Source of the DNA: an uncultured Alphaproteobacteria bacterium
GTDB taxonomy: Bacteria; Pseudomonadota; Alphaproteobacteria; Rhizobiales; Xanthobacteraceae
Length of the DNA stretch: 64,000 nucleotides
Direction of reading: 5' to 3'
NCBI GenBank assembly: GCA_963742425.1
Contig: CAVULR010000003.1
Coordinates: 23,857-87,856 of the forward strand
Positions 45,094 to 53,769 of the stretch are shown one piece after another. How positions within the stretch are numbered: the first letter of the stretch is position 1; every line of letters begins with the position of its first letter. The notes under the pieces are model-generated. The model searched no databases and was not told the DNA's origin. It saw nothing but the letters and a program-made list of their open reading frames with translations. The position numbers and the translations under genes are program-made.

Positions 45094-45184
45094 CGTCATT
45101 GCAAGTCAACAGGCTCGCATGTATGCGCGCCCGATGACAGGTTCCGCGAAGCAATCCGGGGCGTCGCTGCTCCTCGCAATGACG
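45094..45184. repeat. CGTC-tagged REP (GTCATTGC type) with internal insertion
   Basis: CGTCATTGC...GCGAAGCAATCC...CTCCTCGCAATGACG inverted ends. Confidence 0.7.
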
Positions 45185-45202
45185 GCGAGGAGATCGGGCC
45201 GG

Positions 45203-45682
45203 TCAGCCCGGCAGCTTCAAATCGAGCGGCACCGCGGCTTCGTATTTGGAATTGTGCAGCACGAGCGATGTCCTGACATTTCTCACATGCGGCGCCGCTG
45301 TCAGATGTGTGACGAAATCCTGGAACGTCGACATGTCGGGCGCCACGCATTTCAGGATAAAGTCGACCTCGCCCGAGAGCATCCAGCATTCCCGCACCAA
45401 GGGTTCGGCGCGTACGAACTCCTCGAACGCACGCAAGTCGGCGTCGGCCTGACTGGACAGATGCACCGATGCGAACACGGTGACGTCAAAGCCGAGCCGG
45501 CGCGGATCCAACAACCCGCGATAGCCCAGGATGTAACCGGCGTCCTCCAGAGTACGCACCCGGCGCAGGCAAGGCGGCGGCGAAATGCCGACACGCCGGG
45601 CCAGTTCGACGTTGGTGATTCGGCCGTCAGCCTGGATTTCGGCGAGAATTTTGAGGTCGATTTCGTCAAGGTTCTTCGACAC
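45203..45682 (-). CDS. Lrp/AsnC family transcriptional regulator
   Basis: LDEIDLKIL--IQ-DGR-TN-ELA--VGIS-PPCLRRV; C-terminal RAM domain. Confidence 0.93.
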   Translation of the reverse strand: MSKNLDEIDLKILAEIQADGRITNVELARRVGISPPPCLRRVRTLEDAGYILGYRGLLDPRRLGFDVTVFASVHLSSQADADLRAFEEFVRAEPLVRECWMLSGEVDFILKCVAPDMSTFQDFVTHLTAAPHVRNVRTSLVLHNSKYEAAVPLDLKLPG

Positions 45683-45943
45683 GCGGGTCCAGATCCTGGG
45701 CTGACAAGGCGGGATACCGGCAACACTCTTAGCGCAGCAGCCGGAGTTTGCGCAATTTTATTACGCGTGCGCCGCGTCATTTTTGCACAATGCGAGGAAA
45801 AATTGCTGATATGGATTGCAATTCTTGCATAGCTTGTCAGATGTCCTATCTTGGATTTGACCTTTTCGGCGCCCGCCGGGATGCCTTTCCCAGTGCATTT
45901 CGCATAAGCGCTGCCAAATCCCGTAAGCGACGGACGCGCCGTT

Positions 45944-46909
45944 ATGCCTGCTCCCATCCATGCCAAGGTTGTCATCATCGGCTCCGGGCCCGCCGGTTAC
46001 ACCGCCGCGATCTACGCCGCGCGTGCGATGCTCGAGCCCGTTCTGATCCAGGGCATCCAGCCCGGCGGCCAGCTTACCATCACCACAGATGTGGAAAATT
46101 ATCCGGGTTTCGCCGACGTCATCCAGGGCCCCTGGCTAATGGAGCAGATGGAGAAACAGGCTGCCCATGTCGGCACCAGGATGGTCACCGATCTCGTCAC
46201 CAAACTCGAGCTCGCACAACGGCCGTTCCGCCTGACCTGCGACAGTGGCGACGTCTATCTCGCCGAAACGGTGATTCTTGCCACCGGCGCGCAGGCGCGC
46301 TGGCTCGGCACGCCCTCGGAAGAGAAATTCAAGGGCTTTGGCGTGTCGGCGTGCGCGACCTGCGATGGATTTTTCTATCGTGGCAAGCAAGTCGTCGTGG
46401 TCGGCGGCGGCAACACCGCGGTCGAGGAAGCGCTGTTTTTGACCAACTTCGCTTCCCAGGTGACGATCGTGCATCGCCGCGATCAATTTCGCGCCGAGCG
46501 CATCCTGCAGGAGCGCCTGTTCAAGCATCCCAAGATCAAGGTGGTGTGGGACAGCGCCATCGATGAAATCTGCGGCACGGAAAATCCAAGCAAGGTCACC
46601 CATGTCAGGTTAAAGAACGTCAAGACCGGCGCCCTGAGCGAACTGCCGGCGGACGGCGTCTTCATCGCGATCGGCCACGCGCCCGCAACCGAGTTGATCC
46701 TCGGCCAGATCAAGCTGAAGCCATCCGGTTATGTCGAGGTGGCGCCTAATTCGACCGCAACCTCGGTGCCCGGCGTATTCGCCGCCGGCGACGTTGCCGA
46801 CGAAACCTGGCGGCAGGCCGTTACGGCCGCAGGCCTCGGCTGCATGGCGGCGCTCGAAGCCGAACGTTTTCTCGCCCTGCGCGCGAGCGACCGCGCCGCG
46901 GCGGAATAG
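45944..46909 (+). CDS. trxB: Thioredoxin-disulfide reductase
   Basis: IIGSGPAG, CATCDG, GGGNTA, FAAGD. Confidence 0.97.
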   Translation: MPAPIHAKVVIIGSGPAGYTAAIYAARAMLEPVLIQGIQPGGQLTITTDVENYPGFADVIQGPWLMEQMEKQAAHVGTRMVTDLVTKLELAQRPFRLTCDSGDVYLAETVILATGAQARWLGTPSEEKFKGFGVSACATCDGFFYRGKQVVVVGGGNTAVEEALFLTNFASQVTIVHRRDQFRAERILQERLFKHPKIKVVWDSAIDEICGTENPSKVTHVRLKNVKTGALSELPADGVFIAIGHAPATELILGQIKLKPSGYVEVAPNSTATSVPGVFAAGDVADETWRQAVTAAGLGCMAALEAERFLALRASDRAAAE

Positions 46910-46911
46910 TC

Positions 46912-47835
46912 ATGCCTCGAACCCGCAACGGATCTACCGATATGGATTGGGACAAGTTGAAGGTGTTTCACGCCGCGGCGGAAGCAGGGAGCTTCACACA
47001 TGCCGGAGAACAACTCGGCCTGTCGCAATCGGCCGTCTCCAGGCAGGTCAGCGCGCTGGAGCAAGAGCTCTCGGTGTCGCTGTTCCATCGCCATGCGCGC
47101 GGTCTCATTCTCACCGAGCAGGGCGATCTGTTGTTTCGCACCGCCCATGACGTGTTCATGCAGCTGCAGGCCGCGCGCGCGAAGCTGACCGACAGCCGCG
47201 AGCGTCCGAGCGGCGATCTCAAGATCCAGACGCCGCCGGCGCTGGGCATCAACTGGCTGATTCCGCGGCTTGGCGAATTCACCGCGCTTTATCCGGAAAT
47301 CCGGATCTCCATGATCGTCACCGACGAGGATCTCGATCTGTCGATGCGCGAGGCCGATGTGGCGATCCGCGCCCGCAAGCCGACCCAGCCCGATCTGATC
47401 CAGCGCAAGCTGTTCTCGATCGGCTTCCACGCCTATTGCTCGCCGGAATACATCAAGCGCTTCGGCACGCCGCGCACCCTCGACGATCTCGACGCACATC
47501 GCATCATCATGCTGAGCGATTCACAGGTTCCACCGCATCTGCAGAACCGCAATTGGCTGATCGAGGCCGGCCGCAATGGCTCGGGTCCGCGCGAGGCCTA
47601 TTTCAAGGTCAACAACATCCTGGGCCTGGTGCGCGCGTGTCAGCAGGGATTGGGAATCGCGGCGCTGCCGGATTATCTGGTCGAGGAAAACAACCGCCTG
47701 GTGCAGTTGTTTGGCGAAACCAATTCGATCCAGATCGATACTTATTTCGTTTATCCCGAAGAGCTGAAGACGGTAGCGCGCGTCCAGGTATTCCGCGACT
47801 TCGTCGTGAGCAAAGCACAGCGCTGGCCGTCATAA
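46912..47835 (+). CDS. vtlR: LysR regulator, LsrB/VtlR ortholog
   Basis: MDWDKLKVFHAAAEAGSFT HTH; established trxB-lsrB/vtlR gene order. Confidence 0.8.
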   Translation: MPRTRNGSTDMDWDKLKVFHAAAEAGSFTHAGEQLGLSQSAVSRQVSALEQELSVSLFHRHARGLILTEQGDLLFRTAHDVFMQLQAARAKLTDSRERPSGDLKIQTPPALGINWLIPRLGEFTALYPEIRISMIVTDEDLDLSMREADVAIRARKPTQPDLIQRKLFSIGFHAYCSPEYIKRFGTPRTLDDLDAHRIIMLSDSQVPPHLQNRNWLIEAGRNGSGPREAYFKVNNILGLVRACQQGLGIAALPDYLVEENNRLVQLFGETNSIQIDTYFVYPEELKTVARVQVFRDFVVSKAQRWPS

Positions 47836-47861
47836 CCGGGCGTTGCCAGCCCCCGGTCTCC

Positions 47862-47876
47862 GCATGACTGACATGC
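47862..47876 (+). promoter_or_regulatory. Candidate VtlR/LsrB binding site upstream of the sRNA
   Basis: GCATG-N5-CATGC palindrome; also fits GCAT-N3-TG-N3-T (consensus recalled, not checked). Confidence 0.55.
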
Positions 47877-47923
47877 GGCATGGACGGTTGCTGCGGGGCG
47901 TCAACGCGGACCATAATGTTTCT

Positions 47924-48060
47924 ACGCTGAGCTTTCGCGTTGCGCATATGTCCCCCTCCTCCAGTGGCGCGAGCGTTCAGTAATCCCTCTTGGAAGGTGA
48001 TTGTGTCGGCCTCACATGGCCAATACCTCAAGCCGGGCTCTTGCGAGCCCGGCTTTTTTT
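47924..48060 (+). ncRNA. AbcR/alpha-r15-like small RNA (resembles Bradyrhizobium BjrC1505 as recalled)
   Basis: CATAAT -10 at 47912; anti-SD loops CCCCTCCTCC and TCCCTCTTGGAAGGT; terminator AAGCCGGGCTC/GAGCCCGGCTT plus T run; adjacent to lsrB/vtlR. Confidence 0.75.
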
Positions 48061-48118
48061 CGGGAAGTAAGTTTTGGGTGTCGAGCGCGAAAGCACGCGA
48101 GCGATCCGGCACCATCTG

Positions 48119-48284
48119 TTGACAGCGATGACAGCTCGCATCATGATCTACGCATGATCGCGAATCCGCGCATCGCAGCGTCGTCGAAAAAAACTCCCCT
48201 TCCGGGGACTGAAGATCGACGCGCGCGATAGACCTCTCGCCCAATCCGATCCGCAAAAGCCCCGCCGTCCGGACGGGGCTTTTT
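48119..48284 (+). promoter_or_regulatory. Promoter, leaderless Lys-Lys leader peptide (48154..48231) and terminator upstream of dapA
   Basis: TTGACA-N17-CATGAT-N6-ATG; MIANPRIAASSKKTPLPGTEDRRAR; AAAAGCCCCG/CGGGGCTTTT terminator 48255..48284. Confidence 0.7.
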
Positions 48285-48323
48285 ATTGTTCCGTCTCGCG
48301 GCTCAACTCCAGGAGATGGACCA

Positions 48324-49262
48324 ATGACCGACCTTCAAGCTGATCTTCGAAATTGCCTGCATGGCCTCTGGCTGCCGCTGGTGACGCCGTTTCGCGACGG
48401 AGAACTGGACGAGATATCGCTGCGGCGGCTGGTGCGGCATTATGTGGCGCTGCCTGTCGACGGACTGATCCTCGCCGCCACGACAGGCGAAAGCCTCACG
48501 CTCACGTCGGAAGAGACCGGGCGGCTGGTGTATGCGGTCCGCGATGAAGCGACCGCGGCCAAGCGATCGGGTTTCCCGGTCTTGCTCGGCCTTTCCGGCA
48601 GCAACACACGTGCATTACTGGACACGCTTTCGCGAACCGCGGCGTGGCCGATCGACGGATATCTGGTTTCCTGCCCGTATTATTCGCGGCCCTCGCAGCG
48701 GGGCCTCGAACTACATTTCAGGGCGCTCGCCGATCGCGCGGTGCACCCGGTCATCCTCTACAACATCCCGTACCGCACCGGGGTCAATCTCGGCAACGAG
48801 GCGATGCTACGGCTGGCCTGCCATCAGAATATTTTCGGGCTCAAGGATTGTTGCGCGGACCGCAACCAGTCGCTCGATCTCTTGCGCCGGCGCCCGCAAG
48901 ACTTTGCGGTGCTTACGGGCGAGGATGCGCATTATCTGGAAGCACTGAGCGATGGCGCCGACGGCGGTATTCTGGCGTCCGCGCATAGCGAAACCGAAAC
49001 CTTCGCCGAGATCCGCAAGCTGGTGGCAGCCGGCAAGCCCGATGCCGCCCTGGCCTGCTGGAAGTCGGTTGCGGAACTGACCCGATTGCTGTTCGCAGAG
49101 CCGAGTCCGGCACCGATCAAGTACTGGCTATGGCGCACGGGATTGATCGACAACGCGGAGTTGAGGTTGCCGATGACGGAAGTAAGCCCCGGCCTTGCGG
49201 TACTTCTCGATCGCGAGATCCAACGACGGGCAGCCGCGTCTGGCCGGCCCCAGGTGGCGTGA
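48324..49262 (+). CDS. dapA: 4-hydroxy-tetrahydrodipicolinate synthase family protein (DapA paralog)
   Basis: LVTPF, TTGE, PYY, LYNIPYRTG, Schiff-base Lys in GLKD, P-PIK, RLPM; AGGAGA RBS. Confidence 0.8.
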   Translation: MTDLQADLRNCLHGLWLPLVTPFRDGELDEISLRRLVRHYVALPVDGLILAATTGESLTLTSEETGRLVYAVRDEATAAKRSGFPVLLGLSGSNTRALLDTLSRTAAWPIDGYLVSCPYYSRPSQRGLELHFRALADRAVHPVILYNIPYRTGVNLGNEAMLRLACHQNIFGLKDCCADRNQSLDLLRRRPQDFAVLTGEDAHYLEALSDGADGGILASAHSETETFAEIRKLVAAGKPDAALACWKSVAELTRLLFAEPSPAPIKYWLWRTGLIDNAELRLPMTEVSPGLAVLLDREIQRRAAASGRPQVA

Positions 49263-49419
49263 CGAACATTCCCGGGCGCCCGAATCCTGATCCACGACCG
49301 GCAAGCTTGCCTGGTTAATGCACGGTGAAATGGGTCGTTCAGAATTCGAACGATATGGCGGCCGCGCCATTAAAATTTGGAGCTTATTGAAATCTCCCAT
49401 CAGGAAACGGGGGAAAATA

Positions 49420-49572
49420 ATGACGACTCAAACCACGGACGATGCCAGGTATCCGATGTGCGCGCGGGCCCAGAGAATGCAGGACATTCTTCTGGCGTCC
49501 TCATTCGGTCTGTGGGCGGGCGTGCTAGGCCTCGGTCCGGTGCTGGCCTTCCGCTTGCTGGCGGGAAGCTGA
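49420..49572 (+). CDS. 50-aa single-TM microprotein
   Basis: GGGGGA RBS-like; C-terminal hydrophobic helix; paralog at 49698. Confidence 0.65.
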   Translation: MTTQTTDDARYPMCARAQRMQDILLASSFGLWAGVLGLGPVLAFRLLAGS

Positions 49573-49697
49573 CAAGCAAGACGCCTGCCGTGGTTAATCC
49601 ACGGTAGCCCCTGTGGTCAAATGCGAACGAAATCGCGACCGGCTTTTTAAAATTCCCCGCCTATCAAGGTCTTCGGAAAAAAAGACGCGGGGGCGTT

Positions 49698-49832
49698 ATG
49701 AATACGCAAGACAATCCATTCCCTGAACAACAGGGCTTTACCACCGAGGACATTCTTTGGGCGGTCGGTATCTGGTCGGTGATCCTGTGCCTGTCGCCGG
49801 TGATCGTCTTCTACGTGCTGATGGTCGCTTGA
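49698..49832 (+). CDS. 44-aa single-TM microprotein (not in the ORF track)
   Basis: MNTQDNPFPEQQGFTTEDILWAVGIWSVILCLSPVIVFYVLMVA; GGGGG RBS-like. Confidence 0.6.
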   Translation: MNTQDNPFPEQQGFTTEDILWAVGIWSVILCLSPVIVFYVLMVA

Positions 49833-49934
49833 TTCGCACGCACGTCTAATCCTCCCCAAGGAGGGAATCGCAGCAACAGAAACGCGCGCGCAACCCGCGT
49901 GCGGCCTGTCGATCACTCAAAGCCCCAGGCGCAG

Positions 49935-50615
49935 CTAGGCCGCCTGCTTGTGCATCGCCCCGCTCGCCGACGCGCTACCCCGGATCGCCTTCACCGAACG
50001 TTCGATCGCAGCCCATAGCCGGCTGATTTCCGCCGCTGCCCGGCCTTCCGCATAATATTCGCGCGCGCCTTCGCCGTGGCTGAGCGCCATCAAGAGATCG
50101 GCGCGGTTGGTGATCTGACCGCCCCATACCGGGGCACGGAACTTGGTCAGGGATTCGCGGGCGATTGTGACGATCGGGCTCTCCGCATCGTCCCGGCGTG
50201 CCGGCGCGCCATTGAGCACGACAGCGTAGGGCTTGCGCGCCGCACGGCAGGTTTGGATGGTTTCCTGCACGGCATTGACGTCGAAAACCCCCGGACGGGC
50301 CGGAATAATGACCATCGTGGCGTTTCTGATGGCATCTTCCACGACGGTGGACGTATTCGGCGGCGTATCGATGAACACCCATTCGGCGCCGTCGCGCTTG
50401 GCGGCGGCGATAATCCCGCTCACGGAATTGACCGCGGTCCTGATCGCCGGTTCGTTGGTACCGCGCAATTTGTGCCAGAGGGTCAAGGACCCCTGCGGAT
50501 CGGCATCGACAAGCAAGCAGGGCTTTGTCGCCTTATGGACGTGCGCTGCAAGATGAGCTGCCAGGGTACTTTTTCCCGAGCCCCCCTTACGCGATGCGAA
50601 AACAATGACGTTCAT
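49935..50615 (-). CDS. Orphan ParA-family ATPase
   Basis: Deviant Walker A KGGSGKST, DADPQGS, IDTPP; no parB nearby. Confidence 0.9.
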   Translation of the reverse strand: MNVIVFASRKGGSGKSTLAAHLAAHVHKATKPCLLVDADPQGSLTLWHKLRGTNEPAIRTAVNSVSGIIAAAKRDGAEWVFIDTPPNTSTVVEDAIRNATMVIIPARPGVFDVNAVQETIQTCRAARKPYAVVLNGAPARRDDAESPIVTIARESLTKFRAPVWGGQITNRADLLMALSHGEGAREYYAEGRAAAEISRLWAAIERSVKAIRGSASASGAMHKQAA

Positions 50616-50729
50616 ACCTTGGCCTCCAGATTGACCCCAGTAGACCGAAAATGAATCAGCGCGCTGATTCGTGAAAGAAAAATTTGCACGCAATTGTGGC
50701 GAAGCCGCTGATTAACAATCAAGTGGGCT

Positions 50730-50800
50730 TTTGAGTCACACTCTGGGGGTTTTTGTCGAATGCGCTGTTTGAGTCACACCCTGCGCTTTTTGAGTCACAC
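50730..50800 (+). repeat. Three direct repeats TTTGAGTCACAC upstream of parA
   Basis: Copies at 50730, 50768 and 50789. Confidence 0.9.
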
Positions 50801-51019
50801 TATCCATGGCGGCCAGACGAAGGCGCGACCCGAAGCGGTATTGGAGAGCCATTGAGCGGTTTTCAGTGGGCTGGAATCAAATCCGCACCGTCCATCCATC
50901 CATCCGCGATGCAAAACGCCGTTCATGAACAGCCCGAGGCTGGATGGCCGCGTGCGCCCTGCTTGAAGGCCGGGCAGAGGCTGGCCCGTGCTCCAGATCT
51001 TGCAAGCCTGTCGTTGCGC

Positions 51020-51349
51020 TCAGTCGTCTGCCTGGTTCCTCGGCCTGCGCACGGCCTTTTGCGAACTTACCGGCTTGATGCTGAGGGGCCGTCCGGCGGC
51101 AGGCGAGATATCAGGCTCGGTAAAGTGAACCCGACACCCAGGCGTCAGCTGGGATTTGTTCCTGATCATGCAAGCCGTGACGCGATCGACATCCGGAATG
51201 TCGGCGCTGCAAAGCCTGAAGGCATCGTCGCTGCAGGCCTGCTGCTGTTCGGGGGTATAGGCCCTGCTTGCCGCAGGCCACATTGAAACCGAGAGCGCCA
51301 TCGCCAGCATCAGGCCGAGCTGGAAATTCCTGGACCGGATCGCAAACAT
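51020..51349 (-). CDS. Small exported four-Cys protein
   Basis: Signal peptide; C--DA-RLC...CM...L-PGC pattern. Confidence 0.75.
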   Translation of the reverse strand: MFAIRSRNFQLGLMLAMALSVSMWPAASRAYTPEQQQACSDDAFRLCSADIPDVDRVTACMIRNKSQLTPGCRVHFTEPDISPAAGRPLSIKPVSSQKAVRRPRNQADD

Positions 51350-51512
51350 GAATTCCCCCGACGCGTTGCATTTTCTCGAATTGTGGGTGAACGCCAGCGA
51401 ATTGGCAAGCAAGACGCGACGGCCGACCTCAATCTATCGTGGACAGCGAGCGTTCGCTTGAAAGTTCCCGCACCCGCGCCGCATGCAAGCGTCTGATTTT
51501 CGAAAAACCCGC

Positions 51513-52574
51513 TCAGTTCAGCCGCAACTCGGTAATGTGCCGAGGATCCGGTGCGAGTTCGTTGCGTTCCACGCGATTGACGATATCCGTCAGCACGGCA
51601 TTGGCGCTGCACGAGAGGCCGACTTTCTCGCCCTCGCGCACCACGAACCCGTTGAGGAATTCAATCTCCGTGCGCCGGCCCTTTTGCATGTCCTGGCCCA
51701 TCGAAGGACGCTGTTCGGAGGAGGTACGCTTGCCGTCCTTGAAGCGCTGTTCGTCGCAAGCGCGCATCGCCGCCTCGTCGCCCTCGCCCGCACGCGCAAT
51801 CGTCTCAGGCGGCAGATGCAAAATCTCCTCCAGTTGATAGCCGTGCGCTTGCCCAACACGGATCGCTTCGCTGCCGAGCCGGGTTGAGAAGCGGCGGATT
51901 GGCTCGCTTTGCAACATCTGTCCGCCGGGCAGGCCTGTGCAGGCGGAGAGTCCGTTGCCCATGACGTTGGCGACCAATTTTGACCAGCGCTCACCCCAAA
52001 GGTTGCCGGTTACCTTGGCGCTGTCGGCGTAACCGACGAGCCGGCAGATCTCTTCCGACCGCTGGGTGATCCGGCCGTGCACTTCGCCGGCGCGAAATAC
52101 GGTGTGCGCCGCCCCGCCTTTGCCCGCGCCGCGATGGATGTGGCCGGGCTCAGGCAGGTTGACCGTGATGCTGCTCGCAATGCATCCGAGCGTCTTCCCC
52201 CAGCCGACAATGCCGGCAATCGTCTCTTCATTCATGCAATTCTGCAGCGAGACCACGTAGCCGTGCGGCGCCAGATACTGCCGGATCAGGGTGGTGGCCC
52301 AGGCCGTATCGTAGGACTTCATGCACACGAAGGCGATGTCGACCGGCTTCTCCTTGGCCAGCCGCTGGGCATCGGTGACGTGCAGCGCGCGCACGGGTAC
52401 GGAGAATTCAGCGACGTCCCTGGCGTGGGTTACTCGAAGGCCGTGCTTTCTCATATGCTCGACATGTTCGGGCCACGGATCGATGAAGGTTACATCTTCG
52501 CCCGCCTGCACCATGTGGGCGCCCGCATACCCGCCGACTGCACCCGCTCCGACAATCGCTATTTTCCGACCCAT
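51513..52574 (-). CDS. Ketopantoate reductase family protein
   Basis: IVGAGAVGG, CMKSYD, SLQN, WSKL--N, SMGQD---GRRTEIEFLNG. Confidence 0.88.
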   Translation of the reverse strand: MGRKIAIVGAGAVGGYAGAHMVQAGEDVTFIDPWPEHVEHMRKHGLRVTHARDVAEFSVPVRALHVTDAQRLAKEKPVDIAFVCMKSYDTAWATTLIRQYLAPHGYVVSLQNCMNEETIAGIVGWGKTLGCIASSITVNLPEPGHIHRGAGKGGAAHTVFRAGEVHGRITQRSEEICRLVGYADSAKVTGNLWGERWSKLVANVMGNGLSACTGLPGGQMLQSEPIRRFSTRLGSEAIRVGQAHGYQLEEILHLPPETIARAGEGDEAAMRACDEQRFKDGKRTSSEQRPSMGQDMQKGRRTEIEFLNGFVVREGEKVGLSCSANAVLTDIVNRVERNELAPDPRHITELRLN

Positions 52575-52775
52575 ACATTCCTCCCGGCATTCCACGTTAG
52601 CCGAGCCTAGCGCGACGCCGGGGCTCATCACAACCATTGAACCGCTCGCCCCTGCGAAACAATTTGCGGATTGCAGTCGGACAGCAAAAGAGTTCGCGCC
52701 GCGCGCCGAATTTCGTGCGTGCGAACTCGGGCTTCTGGCCTGGCCAGCATCATCCATGAAGAGAGAGGGCTTCGA

Positions 52776-53018
52776 TCAGATCGAGCGGTCGCGGTGCAGG
52801 ATCAGGAATTCTTGTTTCCAATCGGACCGGACGTTGTTGACGTCCATCTTGTGAATCTTGATGGACCGTTCGCCATCGAGCCAATCCTGCTCGTCAGCTA
52901 GAGCCAGCCACGCGGCTTCCGTCCGCTTGTATCGAAGAAATCCAGGGTCGCTCCCTGCGGTTTCAGCCAAGTGGGCGCACTTCTCGGCGTTTTCCCGAAA
53001 GATATCGGATTGCTTCAT
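52776..53018 (-). CDS. Small hypothetical protein
   Basis: GGGAGA RBS; GGAAC-N16-GGTT promoter at 53062..53038; AW--LA-EQDWLDGE motif. Confidence 0.65.
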   Translation of the reverse strand: MKQSDIFRENAEKCAHLAETAGSDPGFLRYKRTEAAWLALADEQDWLDGERSIKIHKMDVNNVRSDWKQEFLILHRDRSI

Positions 53019-53278
53019 GGGTCTTCTCCCACCGTTCAACCCAGGAAGAAACGTCGGGTTCCATACGACGATCGGAGGAGCCGTCGAGGCGCGCGAGCGC
53101 CTCGACTTGCCTTTTCGACTGCCCGCGAAGGTGAATAGCTGTTCATGAAAATTAAGTTTGGTGGCGACGCCTGAAGTCAGCGCTCTTTCGGCAACTTTCC
53201 AATGCGATGCCCGTTAGTTGGGCGATAGAAGATCGGAGACAGCGAACAAAAAATGAAACAAAAACTGGAGAGAAAGCG

Positions 53279-53656
53279 ATGAGAAAGACAGCCCTGATAC
53301 TGGCGGCCGCTGCCACGCTTGCCGTCAGCGCCCCCGCCGAAGCGCGCGGTTTTGGTCACGGTGGCTTTCACGGTGGTTTTGGCCCCGGCCTTGCCGGCGG
53401 CCTGATCGCAGGTGCCGTGATCGGCGGCCTTGCGACCAGCGCCTACGGTTACGGGCCATACGGCTACTATGGCGATGGCCCGTATTACGACGGCGGCTAT
53501 GCGCCCGCCTATTACGGCAGCCCCTATTACAGCGGGTATGCCCCTTACTACGGCTACACCTATCGACGGGTGGTTCGGCCGGCCTATGCCTATTATGGCG
53601 GCCCCGTTTACTATGGCCGATGGCACCATCGTCATCGGTGGCACCGGCATTACTGA
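53279..53656 (+). CDS. Exported Gly/Tyr/Pro-rich protein
   Basis: Signal peptide (AEA|R), glycine zipper, YYG repeats; GCAAC-N16-CGTT promoter at 53191..53215. Confidence 0.75.
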   Translation: MRKTALILAAAATLAVSAPAEARGFGHGGFHGGFGPGLAGGLIAGAVIGGLATSAYGYGPYGYYGDGPYYDGGYAPAYYGSPYYSGYAPYYGYTYRRVVRPAYAYYGGPVYYGRWHHRHRWHRHY

Positions 53657-53726
53657 CGCTTGACGCTCGCGTAGATCGGACCGCACGGCTCGCTGTGCGG
53701 TCCGATTCTTATAATGCATTAAAGAA

Positions 53727-53748
53727 AAAGCCGCCCGAGGGCGGCTTT
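53727..53748. terminator. Terminator between convergent genes
   Basis: AAAGCCGCCC-GA-GGGCGGCTTT with an upstream A run. Confidence 0.75.
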
Positions 53749-53769
53749 CCCTTTTGATGTCGAGAAGCC

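Noticed and set aside
48186-48208. Programmed -1 frameshift at the A7 run plus hairpin in the dapA leader
   Set aside because: In-frame context G_AAA_AAA is not a canonical slippery heptamer and the hairpin is only 1 nt away; attenuation explains the layout better
50730-50800. Possible mini-CRISPR
   Set aside because: Repeats are only 12 bp with 26- and 9-nt gaps, and there are no cas genes
53340-53650. Low-complexity GGY/YYG repeats as a DNA repeat element
   Set aside because: Explained by the Gly/Tyr-rich protein coding sequence
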